Source: an uncultured Bryobacteraceae bacterium (lineage in GTDB: Bacteria; Acidobacteriota; Terriglobia; Bryobacterales; Bryobacteraceae). From it: 64,000 nt of DNA. The DNA lies in the NCBI GenBank assembly GCA_947084845.1, contig CAMTUE010000004.1, forward strand, positions 7,217-71,216, read 5' to 3'. A program made the translations under genes and the position numbers. Numbering within the stretch: position 1 is the stretch's first letter; each line of letters opens with the position of its first letter. A model generated the notes under the pieces. The model did not search any database, was not told the DNA's origin, and was given only the letters and a program-made list of their open reading frames with translations. Shown piece after piece: positions 27,948 to 36,704 of this stretch.

Positions 27948-30218
27948 TCAGAGAAGCCGTGCCCCGCGGCGTCCAAGCAGCACGAGCACGGCCCCGCAGA
28001 GCAAGGTCGTCAGGCTGAGTGCGGCGCCCGCTAGAACAGACAGCGGCCGGTAGGTCAGGACCACTACATGTTCCCCCTGATCGACGACGATGCCTCTCAG
28101 TCCGCCATAGACCTCATAGATCGGGGCCTCGACGCCATCGACGGTGGCCTTCCAGCCGGGGAAAAAAGTGTCGGTCAAAATCACCATTCCGCGACAACCC
28201 ATGTCGGCGTTGAGGACGACTTTCGATGGGTTGTGCAACACGAGTCGAACGTTGTCGGGACGGTCGGGGCAGGAGTCCAGTTTCGGCGGCGGGCCGGTGA
28301 CGAAGGCGGCCCGGGCGAGTCGGTCTTTGTAATGGTCGTTCATGGCCATGGCGTTATGGCCGGACAGCCAGGGGAGCAGTTCGTGGACCGCGAAAACGCG
28401 CGGGCGCGCCGCGGGATCCCTGTAGACCTTGAGGCCCGACTGGCCCGTGAAGACATCCTCGGTGTGAATCGCCGTCGGTTTGTCGCCCACGGCGAAGGCC
28501 ACGCCCAGCAGGCGATTCTCACTGAGGCCGTTCAATCCCGTCGCGAGGGCGCTGGTTGACAGGCTGGCCAGATAGCCGCCCGACGTGTTGATCCCATGCC
28601 AGTCGCCGAAATTGTAAGGGACCAGCGACCGGTTGATTTCGACGCGCGGATTGCCGGGCTGGCGGCGCAGAAACGCGGCGATATCGCCGTGTTCGGAAAG
28701 AGCCGTCAATGGCGCGACACGCTCCTTCTCCGAATAGGCAGGCATCAGGAAGCTGTTCTCGTTGGACGCCTCGGTGACCATGACCAGCGTGGCGCAGAGC
28801 GCGGCGGCGCTGAGCGTGATGCGTTTCCTGCGGGCCAAAACAACGATGAGCGCCAGCGCCAGCGCGCACAGGGCGGTGACCAGGACGCGGTCTTCCTTGA
28901 GTGCGGCGAACTGCTGCGTCAGCGCCCAGCCGGTCCTGAGCGCGAAGATGCCCGCGGCCAGCCAAACCAGCCACCGCGAAACCTTTGACACCGAAGCTGG
29001 ATCTCTGAGCAGCCTGTCGAGCGCCATCGCCGCCAGCACGGCGCCGGCAAGTCCCATCAGATAGAACGCGGCCGAGGGGTTTCTGGCCTTCTCGACCAGC
29101 GGCACGAGGCTGTAGAGCAGACCCTCCAGAGGCGAGTTCTCCGCCAGGGCGAAGAGGAGCGATCCCACGCCCAAGGCCGCCAGCCAGCGGGCTTCGCGCT
29201 TCCGCCGCCAGAGCCAGACGCCAACCAGGGCCAGGGTCAGCGTGACGACGCCCATGTAGGGCGAGGAGTGCGTGTGCATGCCGGGGAAGACGATGCCCAG
29301 CATGTCGGCGGGCCGGGCGCGAAAGTCCTTGTGGACGGTCCAGGGGACCTTGTCGCCCCAACCAAGGGGTCCGGGCGCGCCCACCCACCGCACTGAGTTC
29401 TTTCCATACTCATATGCCGGCAGGATCTGAACTGCCCCCGCGCAGACAGCCACCAGGAAAAACACGGCCGCGACGGCAAACAACCGGCGGTTCCGGACCC
29501 CATTCCAGAGGAAGATGCCGCCGCAGGCGACCGATAGGAAGATCGGCGCCTGGTGGTGTCCGCTGAGCCAGGCCATGCCGAGAAAAACGCCGCCAAAGAC
29601 CGCCGATGCCCACACGGCCCGTCCGCGGCAGGCGCGAAAGACGTACATCAAAACCAGAGGGGCCCAGACCGCGCCGTTGAGCATCTGCGGCCATTCGGTT
29701 TCGCCCATCCATCCTAATAAGGTGTAGGCGCAGCCGGCGAAGATGGCGCTGGCGCGGCGGCAGCCCAGATCGCGGGCCAGGCGGTAGGCAAACCAGGCGG
29801 CCATCAGGTGGATGACGACGAAATACCAGTTCAGAAAACCGGTTTTGATGAATCCGTCGCGCAGCGGCATGGCGAACAGCAGCCAGTTCAAGGGATAAGC
29901 TACGCCCGGTTGCGCCTGGCCGATCAGCGGCTGGCCAAGCCATAAGTTCGGGTCCCACAGCGGGACGCGCCCGGCATGCCATTCGGCGGCTTGAAACTGG
30001 AGCCAGGGCAGAACCTGGGACGTGGTGTCGCCTCCCGTGAGCCAGGTGAACTGGTTGGTCAACAGGATCTTCCAGTAGAAGCCGCAGACGATGAGAACGA
30101 GGACGATCGCGGCGGCCAGGCGGGAGAGGCCGGGTGGTGGTTGATTATGTCCGGTGTGGTGGATTTCGGCCATGCCAGGATCCGGCGGTGTGAGTAAAAG
30201 CTTAGCAGAATCAAGCAA
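27948..30218 (-). CDS. YfhO-family polytopic membrane protein
   Basis: Many TM helices. C-terminal VILTDTFFPGWKATVDGVEAPIYEVYGGLRGIVVDQGEHVVVLTYRP is typical of YfhO. The start may instead be ATG 30173. Confidence 0.7.
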   Translation of the reverse strand: MLDSAKLLLTPPDPGMAEIHHTGHNQPPPGLSRLAAAIVLVLIVCGFYWKILLTNQFTWLTGGDTTSQVLPWLQFQAAEWHAGRVPLWDPNLWLGQPLIGQAQPGVAYPLNWLLFAMPLRDGFIKTGFLNWYFVVIHLMAAWFAYRLARDLGCRRASAIFAGCAYTLLGWMGETEWPQMLNGAVWAPLVLMYVFRACRGRAVWASAVFGGVFLGMAWLSGHHQAPIFLSVACGGIFLWNGVRNRRLFAVAAVFFLVAVCAGAVQILPAYEYGKNSVRWVGAPGPLGWGDKVPWTVHKDFRARPADMLGIVFPGMHTHSSPYMGVVTLTLALVGVWLWRRKREARWLAALGVGSLLFALAENSPLEGLLYSLVPLVEKARNPSAAFYLMGLAGAVLAAMALDRLLRDPASVSKVSRWLVWLAAGIFALRTGWALTQQFAALKEDRVLVTALCALALALIVVLARRKRITLSAAALCATLVMVTEASNENSFLMPAYSEKERVAPLTALSEHGDIAAFLRRQPGNPRVEINRSLVPYNFGDWHGINTSGGYLASLSTSALATGLNGLSENRLLGVAFAVGDKPTAIHTEDVFTGQSGLKVYRDPAARPRVFAVHELLPWLSGHNAMAMNDHYKDRLARAAFVTGPPPKLDSCPDRPDNVRLVLHNPSKVVLNADMGCRGMVILTDTFFPGWKATVDGVEAPIYEVYGGLRGIVVDQGEHVVVLTYRPLSVLAGAALSLTTLLCGAVLVLLGRRGARLL

Positions 30219-30275
30219 ATGAGTGATGGCACGACGATTGCACTGGATGTGGTTGAACGAAGGAGGTTCACGGCC

Positions 30276-33167
30276 ATGAAACGCCGCACATACACATTCC
30301 CGGCTCTGCTCACGCTGATGCTGGCAGTAGCCGTTCCTCCCATGACTGCCCAGACCGCGAACGACGACGCCGACGGCCCAGGCCGCGGCGTGGCCCGTTT
30401 GAGCCTGATGAACGGTGAAGTCTCGGTGCGCCGGGGGGACTCCGGCGACTGGGTCGCCGCCGCCATCAACGCGCCGCTGATGACCGAAGACCGCGTCTTC
30501 AGCGGTCCGCGTTCACGCGCCGAGGTGCAGTTTGACTACTATCACAGAGTTCGTCTGGCCGAAGATACCGAGCTCCGCCTGGCCGACATCGAGAACGGCC
30601 GGTATCTGATTCAACTGGCCCGCGGCACGGCCACCTTCAGCGCCTTGAAGGGCGGCGACGCGCAGGTCGAGATTTCGACGCCCGCGGCGGCGGTTCGTCC
30701 GGTGTCTTACGGCAGCTACCGCATCACGGTTTCCCCCGACGGCACGGCCGAGATCACCGTGCGCAGCGGCGAGGTCGAAATCTATACGCCCAGCGGGACC
30801 GAGCGGCTGAAGTCCGGCAGGACCATGCTGGTGCGCAATGGCGAGAACGGCGAGCCGCTGTTCCAGACCGTTGCCGCCATTGGCAGGGACGACTGGGACC
30901 GGTTCAACGACGCCCGCGACAAGGAGTTGCGGCGGGGTCTGGAGACCTATCAATATGTGAGCCGTGACATCTACGGCGCCGAGGATCTCCATGGTCACGG
31001 CGATTGGGTCGATGTCGCGCCTTACGGCCGCGTCTGGCAGCCGCATGTGGCGAGTGGCTGGGCGCCTTACCGCCATGGACGGTGGTCCTGGCTCGACTAC
31101 TACGGCTGGAGCTGGGTGAGCTACGACCCCTGGGGTTGGGCTCCTTACCACTATGGCCGTTGGTTCAACCACGGTGGCCGGTGGTCCTGGTATCCGGGCG
31201 CGTATGGTCATGGGCGCCACTACTGGAGCCCGGGCCTGGTGGCCTGGTTTGGCTGGGGCAGCGGCGGAATCGGCATCGGTTTTGGCGGCGGCTGGGGCCA
31301 CATGGGATGGGTGCCGCTGGCGCCTTATGATCCCTTCCACCGCTGGTGGGGCCGGGATTCCTATCGCGGCTACCGCGACGGGCGCGGGTACAACAACCTG
31401 ACCGTGGTCAACAACGTGAACATCACCAATGTTTACCGGAATGCCCGCGTGAACAACGCCATCTCCATGCACGACGGCGACTTCAGCCGCGGCATGAGAG
31501 GCCAGGCCTTCCGCGGTAACTCTGACGAACTGGGCCGCGCCAGCGTGATGCGCGGTGGCGTACCGGTGACGCCGCAGCGCGAAAGCCTGCGCTTCGCCGA
31601 CCGTGAAGCGCGTGCCATGCCTGCCGCCAGGAATGCTGGCGCCGGCAACGAGCGGTTCTACTCCAGAACTGAAGCGCGCGGCGTGGACCGCGTGCCGTTC
31701 GAGCGGCAGCGTGAAGCCATGCAGGGCGCCGAGCGCCGGACCGCGTCCGATGGGCGGCGCGGCGGCGAGGGCATCGAGACCATCCGCGGCGGCAACGTTC
31801 GCGGCGGGGTCGAGAACGCCCCTGGAAGAACCGTGGGCACCGATGGCAGCCGAAATGCGCGGACCGGCGAAGAGAACCGGGGCGGCTGGCGGACTTCCGG
31901 CGAACCGGCAACGGCTGGCGCCCGTGGCGGCGACACCAATAATGTTGGTGAAGGCCGCACGGCTGCTCCGAGAGGCGGCGAAGCCGGTGGCGCGACCACC
32001 CGCGGTGGTTGGCGGTCATTCGGCGATCCGGCTGGCGGACGGCCGGCGGGCGGCGAAGCCTCCGGCGCACGGACCAGCGGCGAACCCGGCGGCGCCAGGA
32101 CTGGCAGGAGCGCGGATGCCGTGCGGGGCGGGGAAGCCGCGAACTCCGATTCCCGGGGTGCGTGGCGCGGATTCGGCGATCCTGGGCGCGGTTCCAGGAA
32201 CGAGTCCACGGTCCGTACCGGCGATGCGACTGAAGGAGCCCGGACGAGCGGGAACGCGCGTTCGGCCGAAGCTCCGGCGAGCCGCTCCGACAGCGGGCGC
32301 GGGACGTGGTCCACTCGCGGCGGCGACACCAGCGGCCGCGAAGCCACCGGGACCGGAACGGGGCGCACCGAGAGCGGTCGCGGCAATGAATCCTGGTCCA
32401 CCCGTGGCGGGTCCGATCGCGGCAGCGCGCCGGCCCGGGTCGAATCGCCGAGAAGCGAGACTCCTCGCAGCGAGGCGCCTCGCAGCGAAACGCCCAGGGC
32501 CGAACCGGCCAGGAGCGAGCCTTCGCGGTCCGAACCGCCCGCGCGAACCGAGTCGCCGCGGGCGGGCGGGCGAGGCGGCAACGATGATATGGCGGGCGCG
32601 CGCTCCAGCGCGCCCTCTTCCACAGGCAGCGGGTTTGTCAGCGGCGGGTCGGGCCAGCGGTGGTCGACCCGCTCTTCCGATGCGGGAGAAGCCAGCAGCA
32701 GCCGGAGCTTCGGCTCGGGATCGGCGGGCATGAGCGAGTCCAGGTCCGAGAGCCGGGGCAACTGGTCGACTGGCGGCGGCGACATCGGCAGCCGGTCGTC
32801 GATTGGAAGGAGCGAATCCTACGGCGGCGGCAATTCGGGTATGGGTTCGTCCCGTTCGATGCCGTCGACCCGCGGCATGGATAGCAGCCCCAGTTATGGC
32901 GGTTCGAGCCGGAGTTCCGGTGGAGGCGGCGGGATGAGCGCGCCGGCTTCCAGTTCCCGTAGCGGAGGCGACTCCGGTGGCGGAGGCGGTGGAATGCGCA
33001 GCAGCGGCGGCGGATTCGGCGGAGGCGGCGGGATGAGCAGCGGTGGCGGAAGCGGTGGAGGCAGCGGTGGAGGAATGAGAAGCAGCGGCGGCGGCGGGAC
33101 GAGCAGTGGCGGACGCAGCAGCGGTGGAGGCGGTGGCCGCAGTGGTGGAGGCGGCGGGCGGCGGTAG
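30276..33167 (+). CDS. secreted FecR-like domain protein with Trp/Tyr/Gly-rich repeat region and long G/S/R-rich disordered tail
   Basis: AGGAGG 30261-30266 then ATG 30276. Signal MKRRTYTFPALLTLMLAVAVPPMTA. VARLSLMNGEVSVRRGD..RAEVQF..VRLAEDTELRLADI is FecR-like. GDWVDVAPYGRVWQPHVASGWAPYRHGRWSWLDYYGWSWVSYDPWGWAPYHYGRW resembles DUF6600 (from memory). About the last 480 aa are low complexity. Confidence 0.65.
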   Translation: MKRRTYTFPALLTLMLAVAVPPMTAQTANDDADGPGRGVARLSLMNGEVSVRRGDSGDWVAAAINAPLMTEDRVFSGPRSRAEVQFDYYHRVRLAEDTELRLADIENGRYLIQLARGTATFSALKGGDAQVEISTPAAAVRPVSYGSYRITVSPDGTAEITVRSGEVEIYTPSGTERLKSGRTMLVRNGENGEPLFQTVAAIGRDDWDRFNDARDKELRRGLETYQYVSRDIYGAEDLHGHGDWVDVAPYGRVWQPHVASGWAPYRHGRWSWLDYYGWSWVSYDPWGWAPYHYGRWFNHGGRWSWYPGAYGHGRHYWSPGLVAWFGWGSGGIGIGFGGGWGHMGWVPLAPYDPFHRWWGRDSYRGYRDGRGYNNLTVVNNVNITNVYRNARVNNAISMHDGDFSRGMRGQAFRGNSDELGRASVMRGGVPVTPQRESLRFADREARAMPAARNAGAGNERFYSRTEARGVDRVPFERQREAMQGAERRTASDGRRGGEGIETIRGGNVRGGVENAPGRTVGTDGSRNARTGEENRGGWRTSGEPATAGARGGDTNNVGEGRTAAPRGGEAGGATTRGGWRSFGDPAGGRPAGGEASGARTSGEPGGARTGRSADAVRGGEAANSDSRGAWRGFGDPGRGSRNESTVRTGDATEGARTSGNARSAEAPASRSDSGRGTWSTRGGDTSGREATGTGTGRTESGRGNESWSTRGGSDRGSAPARVESPRSETPRSEAPRSETPRAEPARSEPSRSEPPARTESPRAGGRGGNDDMAGARSSAPSSTGSGFVSGGSGQRWSTRSSDAGEASSSRSFGSGSAGMSESRSESRGNWSTGGGDIGSRSSIGRSESYGGGNSGMGSSRSMPSTRGMDSSPSYGGSSRSSGGGGGMSAPASSSRSGGDSGGGGGGMRSSGGGFGGGGGMSSGGGSGGGSGGGMRSSGGGGTSSGGRSSGGGGGRSGGGGGRR

Positions 33168-33193
33168 TTTTCCTGATTCGACCTTTCCCCTCA

Positions 33194-33235
33194 GCCCGGC
33201 CTGGCAGCTAAGTGGTTGCAGGCCGGGCACTTTTG
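33194..33235 (+). terminator. intrinsic terminator
   Basis: gcccggcctg (33194-33203) pairs with caggccgggc (33219-33228), followed by acttttg. Confidence 0.75.
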
Positions 33236-33425
33236 CGTCCGGGGAATCTCGACCAAACGAACCTCTGGCTCCTGATGGTCTGGGTTTGGACCAACGCAAG
33301 TTGACATAATATTGATTATCATCAGTTAAACTACCACGCCAACTAAGCCGGCAGTGGCCGTCCCCGCCCTTCCGAAAGACGGCCCAATCGGCCGGCACCC
33401 CGATGATCGGGACCGGGTTGGGGTG

Positions 33426-34085
33426 TCAGCGTGTGGGGACTTCGGGAAACCGGATGAGGGCTGAGACCACATCCTCGATCAGGCGTGGAACGTCGGCCGG
33501 GTTGGTTACCTCGACCACCTGGCAGCCGGCGGCGCGGGCGCTGGCGATTCCTGCGGCCGAATCCTCGAAGGCGATCCCGCAGCTGACGCCGAGCCGCTCC
33601 ATGGCAGTCCGATAAGGCTCGGGGTCCGGCTTGAGGGCCGTGACCTCGTCACCGTAGACAATCGCGCCAAGAAGAGGAAGTACTCCTTCTCTCCGTAAGA
33701 TCGGCTCGATCTCTGTCTTTCCGCTTGAAGTTACGACGGCTATCTGATAGTCCTGACAACCTGTTAGAGCATCCAACAGGGCTTGAGAGATGACTCTGTT
33801 GTGGGCAACTAGATCTCTAAATGCCTGTTCTTTCAATGGGTAAAGCGGTGTCAGCTCATCCAGTGAATAAACAATCGGCCCCATCTGGCCTAAAGTAAAC
33901 AACATCTGGCGGTCTGAGATGCCGATGCAGTTCGTTTGGTAGTAGTCCCAGTCCAGGCGGATTCCTTTGGTCAGCAGGAGGTCCCGCCAGCACTGGAAGT
34001 GCAAGGGTTCGGTATCAGCCAGGACGCCGTCAAAGTCAAAAAGCAGCGCCGGCAGGTGTGGGTTTTTCAATTGGCTTGATCTCAC
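33426..34085 (-). CDS. HAD-superfamily hydrolase (beta-phosphoglucomutase-like subfamily)
   Basis: LFDFDGVLADTEPLH (DxDG motif I), VVTSS, and a C-terminal GIAFEDSAAGIASARAAG motif. Confidence 0.8.
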   Translation of the reverse strand: MRSSQLKNPHLPALLFDFDGVLADTEPLHFQCWRDLLLTKGIRLDWDYYQTNCIGISDRQMLFTLGQMGPIVYSLDELTPLYPLKEQAFRDLVAHNRVISQALLDALTGCQDYQIAVVTSSGKTEIEPILRREGVLPLLGAIVYGDEVTALKPDPEPYRTAMERLGVSCGIAFEDSAAGIASARAAGCQVVEVTNPADVPRLIEDVVSALIRFPEVPTR

Positions 34086-35455
34086 TGGGTGAAGCGGATG
34101 CTGCGGGCCGTGGCTTGATAGACCGGCTCGAAGCGCTGGAAGTCGTTCTCGGGCGAAACAAAGATGAAGTAATACAGATTCGCGCCGCGGTCGATGGTGA
34201 TCACAACGTCGATCTCTCTGGTGTTCGGGAACGGGGATTCCGACGACAGCCGGGTGACGTAGGCGTTGGAGCCGTCGATGACAATCTGCTGCGACTGGAC
34301 TTCCACCTTGACCCCCTGGTTGGACTGGCTGACCTGCTGAAGGAACGCCTTGGTGTCGCGCTGCAAATCCACTCTGCCGCCCTGCACCTGCGACGAGCCG
34401 GCGATGATGCCGTAGCCGATGGCGTTGTTGCCTCCCTGCCCTTGGACGATGCCTTCCTTTGGGGCGAGCGTGACGCCGCTCGATCCATTGCCTTGCTTGA
34501 CGAAACCCTCAGGATAGGAGAATGAGACTCCCCCGCCCTGGTAGGTCAGCGACCTGCCGGAGAGCGTCAATTTAGGCTGTGACGATGCCTTGGGGGTAGG
34601 CTGAGCCTGGCCGGGAGCCGGTTTGGCGACCGCCGGGAGTTTGGCGATGGCCTGCTTCATTTTGGCGAGGTCGCCTTCGGTCTGGCCGTAGGACCGTTTG
34701 GGAAGGAACGGGATCTCTTTTTCGACCGATTTGACGCGGTTGCCGGGATTGGGGTGGGAGGAGAAGAACTCGACCAGTTTGCTGTTGCCGCGGCCGGCCT
34801 CGGCCTGGAGTTTTTCGAAGAAGTGGGCCATTTCGAGCGGGTCGTAACCGGCCTTGGCCATGGTGTGCATGCCGAGCAGGTCGGCGTCGCTTTCGGCGCC
34901 GCGGGAGTATTTCATCAGGACGGAGTTGGCGCCGAGTCCGATGCCGAGTTGGGCGAGGTTTCCCATCAGCGAGCCGCCGCCGCCGGCCAGTGCGCCGCCG
35001 AGGGTGGCGATCAGGGCGATGCCCTGGGACTTGGACGCCTGGTTGGTGCCGTGGCGAAGGACGACATGGGCAAGTTCGTGGGCGAGGACGCCGGCCAGTT
35101 GGGCCTCGCTTTCGGCGGCGGTGATGAGGCCGGTATGGACGTACATGGGTCCGCCGGGCAGGGCGAAGGCGTTGATGCTGTCTTCCTTGACGGCTTTGAA
35201 GTAGAAGGGGTATTTGTCGAGTTCGCCGCGCTCGACGAGGCGGTTGCCGATGCGGTTGACGTAGGCGGTGAGGTCCTTGTCGGAAACCACGACAAGCTGC
35301 TTTTCGATTTCGGCGGCGGCTTCGCGGCCGAGTTGGATGTCCTGCTCCTTGCTGAACAGGTTCCAGCCGGGTTTGGGCAGTTTGCGCGCGCCGGCGGCGA
35401 AGAGCAGGACGGTTGTGGCCAGCAGGCCAATCGTCACTCGTTTACGCATCGTCAT
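34082..35455 (-). CDS. M48-family zinc metallopeptidase with C-terminal extension
   Basis: AGGAGG upstream of ATG 35455. N-terminal signal/TM. HELAHVVLRHG HExxH motif. NAFALPGG. ATGA-type overlap with the HAD gene. Confidence 0.85.
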   Translation of the reverse strand: MTMRKRVTIGLLATTVLLFAAGARKLPKPGWNLFSKEQDIQLGREAAAEIEKQLVVVSDKDLTAYVNRIGNRLVERGELDKYPFYFKAVKEDSINAFALPGGPMYVHTGLITAAESEAQLAGVLAHELAHVVLRHGTNQASKSQGIALIATLGGALAGGGGSLMGNLAQLGIGLGANSVLMKYSRGAESDADLLGMHTMAKAGYDPLEMAHFFEKLQAEAGRGNSKLVEFFSSHPNPGNRVKSVEKEIPFLPKRSYGQTEGDLAKMKQAIAKLPAVAKPAPGQAQPTPKASSQPKLTLSGRSLTYQGGGVSFSYPEGFVKQGNGSSGVTLAPKEGIVQGQGGNNAIGYGIIAGSSQVQGGRVDLQRDTKAFLQQVSQSNQGVKVEVQSQQIVIDGSNAYVTRLSSESPFPNTREIDVVITIDRGANLYYFIFVSPENDFQRFEPVYQATARSIRFTQ

Positions 35456-35486
35456 GAAATCCTCCTAGCTGTCATAATGTACAAGT

Positions 35487-36419
35487 ATGACGCCCACAGA
35501 AAAAATATGGCACAACGGGCGCTTCATCGGCTGGGATGATGCGCGGATTCATGTGCTCTCACATGTCGTCAGCTACGGCAGCAGCGTCTTCGAAGGCGTT
35601 CGCTGCTATGAAACACTCGCCGGTCCGGCCGCATTCCGGCTTCGCGAACACACGCGCCGGCTGCTTGATTCTGCCAAGATCTACCGGATTCCGGTGGACT
35701 ACACGGTGGATCAGTTAATTGAGGCCCAGGTCGAACTCGTACGGTTGAGCGGTCTAAGGTCATGTTATATCAGGCCGATCATTCTACGCGGTTACGGCGG
35801 CGTGGGCGTGCTGCCGGTGAACAACCCGACGGAGATTTTCCTGGCCTGCTGGGAGTGGGGCAAGTACCTGGGCGAAGAGGCGCTGGCCGAGGGCGTCGAC
35901 GTCTGCATATCGTCATGGACGCGGATCGCTCCAAATACGTTGCCGGCGCTGGCCAAGGCCGGGGCCAACTACATGAACTCGCAGTTGATCCGCATGGAAG
36001 CCGACCGCAACGGCTACGCCGAAGGCATCGCGCTGGACTCGAACGGGACCATCAGCGAAGGGTCGGGCGAGAACATATTCGTCATTCGCGATGGCAAGAT
36101 GCATACGCCGCCGCTGAGTTCGAGCGTGCTGCCCGGGATCACGCGGGACACGGTGGTGACGCTGGCGCGCGAGCTGGGCGTGCCGGTGGTTGAGACGGTA
36201 TTGCCGCGTGAAATGCTTTACATCGCGGACGAGATCTTCTTCACGGGCACGGCGGCCGAGGTTACGCCGATCCGGACAGTGGACAAGATGCAGATCGGAA
36301 CAGGGCGTCGCGGGCCGATCACGGAGAAGTTGCAGAAGGCGTTCTTCGACATCGTCGAGGGCAAGGTGGCCGACACGCATGGTTGGCTGACTCCGATCGG
36401 CGGCGGAGCGGCGGGATGA
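35487..36419 (+). CDS. ilvE: branched-chain amino acid aminotransferase
   Basis: [54 protein letters not shown], and [29 protein letters not shown]. Confidence 0.9.
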   Translation: MTPTEKIWHNGRFIGWDDARIHVLSHVVSYGSSVFEGVRCYETLAGPAAFRLREHTRRLLDSAKIYRIPVDYTVDQLIEAQVELVRLSGLRSCYIRPIILRGYGGVGVLPVNNPTEIFLACWEWGKYLGEEALAEGVDVCISSWTRIAPNTLPALAKAGANYMNSQLIRMEADRNGYAEGIALDSNGTISEGSGENIFVIRDGKMHTPPLSSSVLPGITRDTVVTLARELGVPVVETVLPREMLYIADEIFFTGTAAEVTPIRTVDKMQIGTGRRGPITEKLQKAFFDIVEGKVADTHGWLTPIGGGAAG

Positions 36420-36475
36420 AGCCTTTTGCGGGATGAAGCCTTTTGCGGGCTGAAGCCCTTTGCAGGCTGAAGCCC
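36414..36475 (+). repeat. 17-bp tandem repeat, about 3.6 copies, starting on the ilvE stop codon
   Basis: ggatgaagccttttgcg at 36414 and 36431 (identical), ggctgaagccctttgca at 36448, ggctgaagccc at 36465. Each copy contains TGA. Confidence 0.9.
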
Positions 36476-36490
36476 GCCCCACCAAACGAT

Positions 36491-36563
36491 CCGGGCCGCG
36501 GAGGCCGCTCCCGATGTCTTCACCTCCCCCGAGATTTAACAAGCGGAGCGGCCCCGCGGCCCG
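36491..36563. other. long GC-rich hairpin (19-bp stem, one bulge)
   Basis: cgggccgcggaggccgctcc (36492-36511) pairs with ggagcggccccgcggcccg (36545-36563), with A36502 bulged. The 33-nt loop contains cacctccccc. Confidence 0.8.
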
Positions 36564-36587
36564 AACTCTTAAGACTGTACACGGAAG

Positions 36588-36634
36588 ACGGGCCCGGCGG
36601 GAAGAGATTTCCACGCCGGGCCGCCGTGTTTTTG
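36588..36634 (+). terminator. intrinsic terminator ending the ilvE transcript
   Basis: gcccggc (36592-36598) pairs with gccgggc (36615-36621), plus flanking imperfect pairs. Followed by gtttttg. Confidence 0.65.
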
Positions 36635-36704
36635 ACAGAAATAAGCTGTCTGGAATGAATAGGTTGCGAACCGCCCCATGTGGGCAAGTTGTGGATAAAA
36701 CAGA

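Noticed and set aside
33297-33325. AT-rich island with TTGACA and a Fur-box-like ATAATATTGATTATCATCA
   Set aside because: About 13 of 19 positions match the Fur consensus by eye. However, it lies between the 3' ends of two convergent genes, with no downstream ORF and no properly spaced -10. No regulatory target is evident.
31603-33398. Several long alternative-frame ORFs (31603-32733 plus, 31658-32785 minus, 32016-33398 minus) across the G/S/R-rich tail region
   Set aside because: Repetitive GC-rich codons keep many frames open. Only the 30276-33167 frame is continuous with a signal peptide and folded domains and ends just before a terminator.
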